This document shows positions 37,128 to 48,937 of a stretch of 64,000 nt of DNA, piece after piece. The notes under the pieces were generated by a model. The model was not told where the DNA came from. It did not search any database and saw only the letters and a list, made by a program, of their open reading frames with translations. Positions within the stretch are counted from its first letter, which is position 1, and each line of letters opens with the position of its first letter. Made by a program: the position numbers and the translations under genes. The stretch covers positions 19,675,082-19,739,081 of the forward strand of contig MU054323.1 in assembly GCA_013239625.1 (NCBI GenBank). Direction: 5' to 3'. The DNA is from Lama guanicoe (Eukaryota).

Positions 37128-39097
37128 TAGACCAACATCTAGGCGTCGTTTTACAAGTGGCCCTGTGACCCCCACGGGGGAATATCCTTCTCCACAAGCC
37201 TGTTTCCTGCCCCAGGGAAGATACTTTTCCTTACTCACCTCAAGGCCATGCCCTCTAGTAAAAATTCCCTTTCTCCCATGTGGGGCTGAAGAAAGCCTGT
37301 AATTCCCAGCTCAGTTACAAAAGAGAAATGATTGACACAATACCCTGAAACCCCAAACTGACCAGGACCCGCCCACCCAGCCTTGCTCTGGTACCAGTTG
37401 TCCTGGGCCACAGGTGAGTCCTTCACCCTGAACGCTCAGTCACACCCAAAGAAGAGAAACTGTGCTTTGACAGGACACAGTCAATCAAAGACGCTGAACA
37501 GTTTTCATTGCTTGCTATTTCCCAGGCCAGGTTAACCACACAGCCTCTCCCCTCTCCTTCATCCTTTTGAAATGAAGTTATGGTGACTTGTGGGACAAGA
37601 CGTGGCCTACAGAGAACCCAAAAGGAAAGCGTGGAATTGAGGAAATTATTACTCTCTTTTTGGGTGTGATTTCTATGAAATTACTCAGGAAGCATTCCCC
37701 CCCCCCAAGGAGCTGACCGTAAGTATCATCTGTAATGCATCTTCCTTTGTAGCTTTCGTCTTCTGACAGGGCCTATGTCCTTTGTTGGGACTTGGGTGTT
37801 GTTGGGAGAAATCCAAGTCCACGCTGCGTGTGTACGGCATTGGTGTAAAATCTGAACTCTAATGTGTAGAATTTGCAGGTCGCGAAGTGTCACAGTCTAC
37901 TGAAATGGGTCTGGAATCAATAAGGTACCCATCAAACTCAATTGTGTTTAATTTTCATTGCTACCTAGAGGAAAGCCGAGCATAGCCCTACCCGAATGAA
38001 ATTGAACATGAAAGCCCATCTGAAGGGTAGAAGCGGTACTTAAAGTGACCTGTAAATAGGGTGAAACATGGCAGCCCAGCCCAGCCCAACATGATCGACC
38101 GTTTTGCTTTCCATAGCGGAGGTGACGGCCGCCGTGAGAAAATCAGAAGAGACAGGAACCCACTGCAGATCTAAGGGAGAACAAAATGTTTGCAGTTACA
38201 CACCAGCAGGGCTTCCCTCTTTGCACACCCCTGGAGCCTCCCCCAAGTGGAAAATCACACTCTGTCCTCCGGCCGAGAGCAGAGGAGGAAGGCGAGTAAA
38301 ACAAGGCCCTTGTGAACCGGGCCAGCCCTCGCCCCCACGCCGCCCCTGCTCAGTTCCCGGGCCAGTGAGATAATGGAAGGTCAGCTCTCGCAGCTGACAT
38401 GGGTGGGGGGCAGACGCCCACTCCGGGCACTTCCAGCCGACACTGACCTTTCAGTCATGGAAACATTCCCCAGACCGACACTAATCGGGGGCACATCTGG
38501 CGTTTGGACCGCATCCAGATGGGGGTTGTGTTCTTAGAGTCAGCACGATAACCCGCTGGGGAGGCAGGGGAGGAGAGAGCGCAGTGCTGCTGAGAGCAAT
38601 CAGCCTCGCTGGCTGTGTGTGTGAGAGGCAGTCACGCTGTGGGCCAGTGAGTCATAGACTAGAGACCACCTAATCCCTGTCCACCAACTCTCCCTCCCCC
38701 CACCACCAGAGAAGAAACCTGGAGAGGTCCAGAGAGCCCCAGCAACACCCCCAGGGTTCCACAACTGGCCAGGGGCAGTCCAAAATCCCAGTGTCCCAGC
38801 TCCCGCTATCTTGCACTTCCCATGTTTCTACACTCTCTCGAAGTGTAGTGTAGTACATACTATCTCAAGATAATACACAGGCTAAGGTGATGAAAAGAAT
38901 CCAGCTGTTTCTTCTCTGCTAACTTCCTGTGACTTGCAAATGTATAGGACAATTTTCCAAAGCAATGACAAATCCCATTGGTCTTCATCCACAGGGCCCA
39001 TCCTCCCACCCCAGTTCTTCCACTGTAGCTTCTTTTTTTGGATTCAGTAAGAGAAACTGCGCTTCCAGACCAGTTCCTAAACCTTTTTCAGAAATGA

Positions 39098-39188
39098 GAG
39101 GGGCTGGGTATATCTCAGTGGTAGAGTGTGTGCTTAGCATGCATGAGGACCTGGGTTCAAGTCCACAGTACCTCTGTTAAAAAAAAAA
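39098..39188 (+). mobile_element. Camelid tRNA-derived SINE, short form
   Basis: 'gggtatatctcagtggtagag...gcttagcatgcatgaggacctgggttcaa' followed by poly-A. Confidence 0.88.
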
Positions 39189-40277
39189 GTTACAAACAGA
39201 ACACAATATCTTCTCTCCCATCCCCAGGACAAGGGACTACAATTGAGAACAAGACTTCATGGTACTGAAGGTCCAATTGTAACAGATCAAGAATGACCAA
39301 GGATCTTGGCCAGCCCTTAGTGTCCGTTTTACAAAGCCTGACACCTGTTGCACCCATGAGCAGCCCTGCTAAAGAGGTAATTAAGCAAACTAAACTATGA
39401 TAAAAGGGATTATTTCCCCACCCACCCACGCAGAAGGCTGTCTCCAGCTGTCAGAAGGAAGTTCTTCCCATGGCCCCCGGAGTGCACTCCCCATTCCTGG
39501 GCGCCCGTGTTTCAAGTCTACCCCAGTAATCCTTGCCTGTAGACACCTTCAGGCACAGATAATTGTGGAAATCAGAAATCTCATCCACCTGCTGGAATCA
39601 CAAAGAGATTAACAGGATCTTCTAGTATAAAAACTGCGGAGATCTGTTCATCCTTCTCCATTTATTTGTTAATAACACAAAAAGAAACAGGGAAATAGCC
39701 CAGGTGAAAAGAAGACCCATGTCAGTGATCACCTTCTCAGTATAAGTTTCAGCTTCTCCAGTAACTAATCAGCTTGCAGGGCTCACCAGCACTGCTCTCT
39801 CCCTTCTGCACCAGCCTCCATTCAAAGACCAGCTATTGTCCACCATCCAGTCAATTTTGTCCTCGACTAGAATAATCAGAAAGGAAAAAACATCTTCACT
39901 GCAACTGAAGGTATTTCATTCCATCTGAAGATCACTCTCCTGCCCCTAGCCCCTCACTTCTGTTGTCCTATCTGAGAAATAGTCTTTCTCCACCCCTGAT
40001 GGGAAGGATGGTAATCACTGAGACAGATGAATGATCCTCCAGCCCACTTTGGGAGACAGCTTATGAGTTTCCTCCTCCTCAAGAGGTTTTGGTAACATTC
40101 CACAACCTATCCAGGTCTCTGAGAAGGACCTCACAGACGCTGCCACCCCACCTAAGCCAGCTGAGGTCTCTGCTGGTGCCAGCCCTTCCTTCCCCTCATT
40201 GATTTGGTACAAAGCCATTTCATGTTCCATGCCAAACCAGTAATTCACAACACTCATCAAAATCTGCCTCCATCAAC

Positions 40278-40528
40278 TGACTCAGCATTCCTGTTTTCCG
40301 AGCATAGCCAACCTCCCTAACACCCTGACATCCTAGCCTTCAGCTCCACTGTTTACATCACATGAGCGCTTTAGGTTAAGAAAGCCCAGTTCCCTTTGGA
40401 TCAAGTATGCAGATGACTCATCCTCTCTGAAAAGACTACCCACCCTGGGGCCTTGATATTCATGCCAGAAAGCTTCTGAGACGGGGCTCAGAGAGGACAG
40501 AGCTGGAGAGTCCCGTTGCTATGGAAAC
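40278..40528. promoter_or_regulatory. Candidate enhancer: ARE/MARE, AP-1 and RFX X-box
   Basis: TGACTCAGCA 40278-40287; ATGACTCAT 40413-40421; GTTGCTATGGAAAC 40515-40528. Confidence 0.45.
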
Positions 40529-41274
40529 CAGCATGCCACTTTCCAAAGGAGAAAGACCAGCTGTTTCGGGGGGCACTTCTTTGCTAGGGTTCCTGTAGAA
40601 ATGGAGAAGGTTTCTGGCCTGGAGCAGCTATAGACACAGCCCGGGATCACCACGGAGCCTCCAGGCGCACTGGTGCTGCCCTGTCCCCTATGTCTAACCT
40701 CCTCTCATACTGAGAGATCTGACCCACCACAGACATCCCATCTGGCCTCCTGGGTGGTTTCTTCATCCCAGCTTCCCAGCCAAGTGAAAGGTTCACTCTA
40801 TGTCTAGAGACAAAAGGGTTTTGACTCAATTCTGTGTTTTAGGAAGTGCGTTAAATTCTGTTAACTTTTGTGGCAGGGTGGGTGAGAGAGATGACAAATA
40901 ACAACTTGTCTGAACTTTTTACATTTCTCCTCAGTGCCTCAGTAAGGTTCACAAGGAGGTCACCAATGATAAGATAGAGACCTCCCAGCTGGACTGTCCC
41001 TCAGCCCCGAGAGGACACTCCATAGTGGCAGGCTGACAGGGCTTAGAGGCTGATTCACACACTGGAAGAAGTATGGGGCAGGCATTGGTGGGTGGGAGTC
41101 AAGGTCCCAGAGATGGAATGTCCAGAAGAGGGACTGATGGCAGGGTCATCAGATGCTCAACATTTGGGGGATGGGGAAGAGACCGTCCCCATCAAGCAAT
41201 ATGTATAACATAGATGGTAAGTTACAAAAATGGAGGCTTCAACTGTTGGAAGGTCCTGGGGACTGAGATAATAA

Positions 41275-41500
41275 AACTAACAATAGTCTTTGAGGGCTTA
41301 GTATACACTCCATGCTATTTTATACCATTACATGTGTTACTTTACGTAATTCTCATAACAACCCTATGAGAATAGAAATCATCACAGGTCCATTTCACAG
41401 ATGAGAAACCAAGACTTTGAGAGGCTAGCCAGGCCCCAATTAGGAAGTGAAGGAACTGGGATTCAAACCAAGGCCGATCTGACCAGAGTGCACACTCCTG
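41275..41500 (-). mobile_element. MIR SINE
   Basis: 'taattctcataacaaccctatgag...ccatttcacagatgagaaacc...gggattcaaacc'. Confidence 0.85.
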
Positions 41501-43032
41501 ACCACGAGAGCAACAGGTCCTAGAAATGGCGACCATGTCCATTAACCAGTTAGAAACTAGTACGTGGATGACGTTGGGAGGAGTTTTAAGATCCCAGTCA
41601 TTGGCTTCCTTCTGCCTAGGATATTAGTCATCTCCTCCATGCAGCACCATTTTCCGGAAAGGCATATTATGATGCTTATCGTAAGTGTTTGTATTCTGTG
41701 GCCAGGTAGTCCCTGCCTTTCCAATGCTCCTGCCAACAAAAATACAACAGAGCCTTGTGGGCTGAGCTAAGACTCCCAAACAGAAGCCCCTGATGCCTCA
41801 CCTAATACCGACCCATGATTTCTCCACCTTCAGAAGCTCTGAGACACCGGGGATACAAAAACCAAAGCAGGATGAAGGCAGTCCACCCACCTCATTCTTG
41901 CCCAGGAGTTTCCTCTCTCTTCCCCTACACTGCCCTCCCCAAATCACCCACCACAAGTACACCGAAGCCTTCGGAATCCGTCAAGAGACAAGATGGGGAC
42001 AGGGGTCAGATATCCTCTTTCAGCTGATTGTTTTCTGATTACTTTAGGTCTGGTCTAGTCAAACTGAATCCATCAGTCTCAGTGGAGAGAGGTACCGACA
42101 GAGTTTGCCCAGGATGTTTAAACCCTTGGTGCAAAAAGAAAGGCACGAGAAGCTAACCCGATGAAGGAGATGCAGTTGCACAAAGTTAGGGGATCTAAAG
42201 ATCCCTGTTGGTACCAGAAGGACCGACATAGTAAGAATTTTAAGAGGTGATAAAGGTAACTTGCTGTCAAAGGAGCAGATACGGCTAAAGTAACAGGTGA
42301 AATTAATTCCTTTCTCAAGCCGCTATAAAGGTGAATGGCTACCAGATGGTCAGACAGAAATACCTGTCCACAGGCTGCTGGGGGAAAAAAAAATACAAGA
42401 AGAAATCAGATCTTCCACTGAGCAGGTGAGCAGGAAATTAAAATATCTGTACACTGACCACAATGCAAGACCACACATGTTCAGGAAGAGGCAGTTAAGA
42501 AGACAGTGTGGATATGTGTTAGCATCTATCCTCTGTCTGCGGGCCCACGCCCAGAGAGGGTAGTCACAAACTTCACCGTGCTAGAGGGAAAACTTTCCGA
42601 GAAAACCCTGCAATTGCAACAGGGATGGAGATGGGACAGCAGAGGCCGGGGCCACTGAGGGGAAACCAGCACACTTCCCAGATCATGTCACTAGACCAAG
42701 TAACAGTATCTTTTCCTGAGCACTTACTAGGTACCAGGCACTTTCCTAGGATCAAAGTGTCCTAGGCTGCTTCTGAAATAGCTCTCACAGATTCTTGCCT
42801 CCTGTAAAATCCCTTCCCCTTACTTGTGAGCTGGACCTAGGGTCTTGCTTCCAACGCATGGAATACATGAAATGCAGCAAAAGTGATGTGATGTCAATTA
42901 CTTCTGTCAAAAAACATCTCCTTGAATGTGTGCCTTGCAGACTCCACTCTGACCAAGGGTGATCTAATTCTCATCCTCTCTTTCATTCATCCTTTCTGTG
43001 CCCTTGTTGCTACATTCCTCCTGGGACACGGA

Positions 43033-43091
43033 CACACACACACACACACACACATACACACACACACAGATACACACACACACACACACAC
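43033..43091 (+). repeat. Interrupted (CA)n microsatellite
   Basis: Direct reading. Confidence 0.95.
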
Positions 43092-44111
43092 CCCAGAGGT
43101 TCCTGGAGTAGCAGGAGAGCTCAGCCTCCTCTTGCCATTGTTCAGCTCCTTCCCAATCAATCTCCTGCCAACCACAAATTAGCATTACACAGGCATTTAC
43201 AGTGCAGCCCCCAGGGACAGATAGAAACTGCTAATCCTTCAGAAGGGGCACTGGTACAATAGCGGGGGCACCGGTGGCTGCGGGCTCCTTTGCGGCACTT
43301 CCCACTCCTTTGTGCGCTGTCCAAGTCAACCACAGATGGCGAAGTTGCTGGGCCTCAAGCAAACAGGAGACAGTAGGAGCCCAAGGAGCACCGAGCTTTG
43401 CAGACAGCTGCATGACCACGTCCCAGAGCCTCCTTCCCCAGCAGAAGACTCCCTTGGGTAGGACCCCCTCTCAGAGCTTCCAGCCTGGTCCTCTGTGAAC
43501 TCTTCCAGTTTCCACTTTTACTGGTTAATGTTAGCAATGGCCCCAAGTGAGACGACCTGCAGCATGAAATGCCCTGGGGCTAGTCCTGCCCTCCCAGCAT
43601 CTTGGATTAACAACATAGGCCTGGTGGGGGGAGAGGAGGTTAGTTTGTTTGCTTTTCTTTTCTTAAGGGTTTGATTTGGCCTTATTGAAGTCTGATGGAG
43701 CTTTCTGAGCCAGAAGGAAGGTAGCCCACATTGAGTTCCCAGGGTCATTTTGACCCCCAGGCACTGCCCTTCTTCCATCCCCAGGGCCCCCCACAAATGC
43801 AGCCCTTCCTGCCACAGTCCCGAAGGCTGGCTCCTGCAGCAGCCGCTTCTGAAGCCCCCTGACCTTCTCCAGCAGCCCGGCCTGGAAATGAGGAGAGTTT
43901 GCAAGAGGGGAAGCCTCTTATCACAAACATTTCCTGCCTGTTCCCTCCTGACCCTGCATACCACAGCCCTTCCCTGGCCAGTTGGGCCACCAACGGCGGC
44001 CCCACCAGTGGCGGCCCCAGCAACCTCTTCATCAAGGATCTGCAAGGCAGGGTTCCCCAGACCTGTCTCTGCTGCAGATTCTTCTCCATCTACACCGTCT
44101 CCCCTCTCCAG

Positions 44112-44210
44112 GGAGCTCATAAGTTCTTCTCGGCCACCCAAATCAGCTCAGTCCCTGAAAACACCAGAAGGAAGTCAGGTGGAACTGGAAAGAAAGAGGA
44201 CCAGAGGCAG
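44112..44210 (+). other. Candidate 99-nt internal exon of an unidentified transcript
   Basis: Pyrimidine tract 'ttcttctccatctacaccgtctcccctctccag|', donor 'cag|gtaagg', purine-rich body; two of three frames open. Confidence 0.3.
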
Positions 44211-44619
44211 GTAAGGATTTTTTTTTATCCAAATAGAAAATGTGACTCACAGCTGGAGCTCTGCCACCTCCTCTAGGACCCGGCTGTGTAACTCTGGAGA
44301 GGCATGTAAGAGAGAGACCTGCACACCTGTGAGTGCCCGCACGCACGGCTGTGCCATCTGCGTCTCTGTGCTGAGTGTGCTGCGTGAGGAGTCCACACTG
44401 TCTGGACTCTTATGGGTTTGTGTGCTGAAGGACTGGGAACCCAGGGCCAGCGGGTCTTGGCAGGGCACTGAGTTCCTAGGTCCCTCTCCCCTCCCCACAC
44501 CTGGGCACCCCAGCCCCCACCCCTCCCCGTGGCCTCCTTTGGCCTTCTCTCTGCCTCCTGCCCCCACTTGCTGTGTGGTCCAAGCCCTCAGCCAGGAGAG
44601 CAGCGAGGGTGGGAGGGAT

Positions 44620-44810
44620 GGGCCGGCATGTTTACAGTCAAGCATAACTGAACCTTTATTTTAAATAAATAAAACTTTTAGCCAGTTTTTATTTCCCTTT
44701 ACTTTCAAAGTGCTGTTTTCTCCCACCTCCCTCCTCCCTCCCTCCTCTGCTTCCGCCCCTCCCCCTCTCCCCCTCCTCCCTCCTCCTCCCCCCTCCTCCC
44801 CCTTCCATCA
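44620..44810 (-). promoter_or_regulatory. Candidate promoter/enhancer with polypurine-polypyrimidine tract
   Basis: C/T tract at about 44721-44805 with GC box ccgcccc (44753-44759); TCF/LEF ttcaaag (44704-44710); AT-rich TATA/MEF2-like block (about 44655-44675); FOX site TGTTTAC (44629-44635). Confidence 0.4.
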
Positions 44811-45409
44811 TGGCTGAGCCCTTCTCTGAGGGGCCACCCAGGGAGGGGCTGCAGGAAGGGGCAGGAACGGAGGTCCAGGTGACCCTGGTGCTCTTCTCAG
44901 GTCATGTGACACCCCACACACACATTCTCAAATGCCCACAGAGCCCCTGGGGTTCTTCTGAATTCAGGGCTGTCAGGCCAAGGAACAGAGACTAAACAGG
45001 AAGCCCAGGCCCCGTCATCAGCATGCTGCCCATCTGTTCTCCCCAGCCGAGGGGTCACCCACCCCCACCCTACTCCACGAGGAAATTGCCATCCATCTGT
45101 CTTCCACTTTGGCCTGTCATCTCTCTGTCTCCCCTGTTGGACTCTCATCCATGTGTCCCTCCCACAAGACTACCGTTTCTCAGTATCTCCTTCAGGTTGT
45201 CATAGTTCTACCTTCCCCATTAGATGTCCCATCTGTCCATCTGCCTATCATTCCATCCGATCCCCTTGATCATGCTTTTTCAGTCCATCTGTCTCCCTCA
45301 TTGGATATATTTCTGCCCATCTGCCTCCCTGAATAGGATGAGCAATGGTGGGTCTCTGAGATCTAGGAACAGTTGAAATTCTGTTCTGACTGTGATCCCA
45401 GCAACAATA

Positions 45410-45625
45410 GTCGGAGCTACCATCAATCGAGTGTCTACTATGTGCCTTACACTGTACCTGCATTACCCACCTTTAATCCTCCAACAGCCCCATGAGTGTG
45501 TGTTTATTCCTCCACTTTACCAGTAAGACAACTACGGCCCAGAAGGGTTGAGTACCTTTCCCCTGGTCACACGGCTCCTAGTGGTCAATGCAGGGTCCAG
45601 AAACAGTTCTGCCCCATACTGAGTG
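45410..45625 (-). mobile_element. MIR SINE
   Basis: 'gagtgtctactatgtgcc...tttaatcctccaacagccccatgag'. Confidence 0.75.
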
Positions 45626-47666
45626 TGGTTGAGGACACCACTTTCTTACTCCTCCACCCTCAGGATGTAAGACGCCCCCGCCTCTGGCCTCTCTGCACAT
45701 TTCATTTACACTTTGCTGCTGGATGTTTTCAGACTGATGAAGTTTCCTCCCTGCCCTGGCTCTGCACAAAAAGTGAAGGAAGAAAAGCAGCCAGATGTGA
45801 GAAGGCTTCGAAGGGCTTTTGGTGAGGAGGGGGAGGTATGGAGAGTGATGTTAAATAAACATCCAATGATATTCTTTCTGCAAAACGATCCATTTTCATG
45901 GCACCCAGGAGTTCGTCCAAGGGTCTCTGGGTCACTGGGGAAAAGTGTTCCGTGTGTTTTGGCTCCATATTCTTTCATTGGCCACAAAGAGCTAATTCTT
46001 TCAATTAATGAAATCAGCACTGCTGATGGAGATGTACTGACAAATTATTTTCAAGACAAATATATTCACACCAATGGTGGGGCTGATAGGCATACAGGAT
46101 TTGGAAGGTACAGAGCAAAGGTCCCCCCCACCCCCCGCAAGCCAGAGACACTGAGGTCATTCATGATGGCCGGGATGTTGGCCACAGCCTCAAGGGACAC
46201 CTTTCTCCGCCTGGAGCCATGGAGGCTGGGCTGGGTTGTCTGCATCCAGGGGCTGCCTATCAATGGGCTTCTGTATGGCCCCAGCAGGTCCCCGGCACCC
46301 CTCCCCATTCCCCCAGTGCCCCAGCCAAGTCCCCTTCAGGGCCTGGTGTGAAGGGCCTATTCAGCAGTTAGGATTCCCTGATGGGAAGTGAAAAGGAGAC
46401 AGACACATGCTTCCGTGGAGCTGAGGAAAAGCTGGAGGCCTAGAGACAGGAAGGGAAGCCTGAAGCCATGAAGGAGGAGCCCAGTGAGAAGAAAGAAGGA
46501 AGGCTAGAGGTCCTGTGGGATGAGAAAGAAAGGGAGGGAGGGAGGAGGGGAGGCTTGGGGAGGGGATCGAGGGTAGGACGCCCAGATGGGAGGGGAGGAG
46601 GCCGGAAGGAGGCCCCCAGGCAGAGGGAGAGATCCCCGTTGGGAGAGGGAGCAGAGCCAGAAAGCAGTGTGGGTTTTTTTAAAGCCACAGATTTAATTTC
46701 CTGATGATGTTTTTTTTCAGGCTGATATTAGCAGCATTTTTCTTCCCTGAGCAGATCTGCCGGTTGTGGTAAAGTGACCCAGAACATGCTAGGTGACAGG
46801 GCCCGGCCTTTACCCGGATAGGCCCACAAGGATGGCCCAAGGTCAAGCCAAAATTTTATCTCCTTTCTGGACCCTGAGAGAATAGGACAGATTTTGCTTC
46901 TGGCCAGTCCTGGAGGAATAATTTCTAGGCAGCTCTGGTGAATAAGTGACCACTGGAAACCAAGGATGAGATTAGTCCTGTTAAACTAGTTGGGGTGGTT
47001 TCTGTTTTCCTGTACAAATCCGGACTGAATCAGCGTTCTGAGATTAGAGAGTTGCAAGTTAGGAGCTAAAGAAACCAAAGCCCAAACGCCCTCCAGGGCA
47101 TTCTACGCCACCACCAAACATCTTTCTAAAGCCTGATTTCCCTGCTTAGAATGCATCTGCGCAGCCCCGGGCTTACCAAATAAAGTCCACACCCCGAGCC
47201 AGGAAAGCAAGACCCTCACGAGCCCAGATACCCAGTGTGATCCAAAACCAGCAGCCTGGGCATCCCTGGGGGCCAGTACCACAGACTACTGGAGCAGAAG
47301 CTGCATTTAACGAGACCCCCAGGTCACCCATGTGCGCATGACTGTATGAGAAGCCCTGTTCCTGGCTGCTTCCAACTCGCTCCAGCCTGTCTGCTGCCAC
47401 CAGGGAGGAGAAGCGCTGTCCTAGTACGCCGGAGTTGTAAACCTCTCCTAACGTGTCCCGCACTTGCCCAGCTCAGGATGCTGATTCACGTCAGTCCTTC
47501 CATCTCGAAGATGCCGCCCCCTGTGCTCGCTTAGAAAAATCTCACCCATATTTAAGACCCAGCTCAAATGCTGCCCCTCCGGGGAGCCCCTCCTACCATT
47601 CCCTTCCCTTGGCAGAGGTTAGAACTTTGACTGCTGTCGGTTTTATCACCTATGGAGTGCTTTCCA

Positions 47667-47767
47667 CTTTATTGTTTTTTTATTTTAATGGAGGTACTGA
47701 GGATTGAACCGAGGACCCTCATGCATGCTAAGCATGTGCTCTGCCACTGAGCTATCCCTGCCCCCCA
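47667..47767 (-). mobile_element. Camelid tRNA-derived SINE, short form
   Basis: 'ggaggtactgaggattgaaccgagg...ctctgccactgagctatccctgccccc'. Confidence 0.88.
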
Positions 47768-47814
47768 CTTTCCAATTTCTGTCTTGCATTTTGGTTACTC
47801 ACGTATTTATCAAG

Positions 47815-48050
47815 GGGCAGTATAATGTAGTGGTTTACAGGAATTCCTAGGTTCAAATCCTTGTCCCAGTGCATCCTAACTGCGGCACTCAGCAAGTGCT
47901 TAACCCATTTGGACCTCACTTTCCTCACCTATAAAATGAGGGTAATAATTATACTTACTTATAGAGTTGTTGTAAGGATTTTTAAAATATATTTATTGCA
48001 TACCTATAGGCCAAGCAAGGGCACATAGTATCTGGTCAATAAATGACTGT
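47815..48050 (+). mobile_element. MIR SINE
   Basis: 'ggcagtataatgtagtgg...ggttcaaatcc...cctcactttcctcacctataaaatgaggg'. Confidence 0.85.
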
Positions 48051-48803
48051 TAACTGAATAAAATCATCCTCCAAAATAGTGTTTTTAATCACAGAGGAAA
48101 TAAGAGATACTATCCATAAGCCTCACCAACATGGTATAGTCTTCCCAGAACTGACTGTTTTGTGCCCCTGTTCCTAGAACCTAATTGCTTTTTAAAAGAA
48201 TCAATAACTATTGTTGTTTTTCTAATTGTTCTTGGTTAAAAGTCCCACTTTCTCAATTTGGTTTCCACATTATCCCCTTTTGGGTTCTCTCTGTCCCATT
48301 CCGCGGTTCCCCTCTGAAAGCACAATATTTTCTTTGAGCATCTTTTAAAATATTTTAACTGGTCATAAGTATTTTGTTCTCAACATCTTTTATAATTTAT
48401 TCAACAGTCTCATTAACATTCTTTTGACTCCCCCAAAATGTTTCTTAAAACTCTTATTCTGTGTTTTTATCTCCAAGGAAATACTTTGGCTGGGTTTTTT
48501 ACCAGGAATGACACATTCTTTCCACAGCTATGCAGAGGGGGAAATTGAAAGCCAATAGAGCCACATCGCCTTTATCCTATACCCAAAGAATTCCTCATAA
48601 GCACAGGTCCCCAGCTCTCCCACTGGCCATATTTCTCAATGCTGTCTCTACCAAAAATTTTCTTTCTGGTTCAATCCTAGTGGAAAGTGAAATAAATACC
48701 ATAAAAAGAAGCTCATTCAAGATGGGGGTCATTCCAGAGTCCAGTTGCCTGGGATTACAATGGTCCCTGACCCCTAATCTCAGACTCTATTATGGTATTC
48801 TTT

Positions 48804-48937
48804 TTTGTGGGGGTGGGGAAGAGGGAGGTAATTAGGTTTATTTATTTATTTATTTTTAGAGGAGGTACTGGGGATTGAACCCAGGACCTTGTGCATGGTA
48901 AGCATGCACTCTACCACTTGAGCTATACCCTCCCCTC
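48804..48937 (-). mobile_element. Camelid tRNA-derived SINE, long form
   Basis: 'gaggaggtactggggattgaacccaggacc...gagctataccctcccc'; TSD TGGTATTCTTT at 48793-48803 and 48938-48948. Confidence 0.93.

Noticed and set aside
43518..44276. Overlapping long ORFs on both strands (207, 154 and 125 aa)
   Set aside because: GC-rich sequence with non-ATG starts and no recognisable homology.
45713..46351. 212-aa ORF
   Set aside because: TTG start, no recognisable domain, composition not protein-like.
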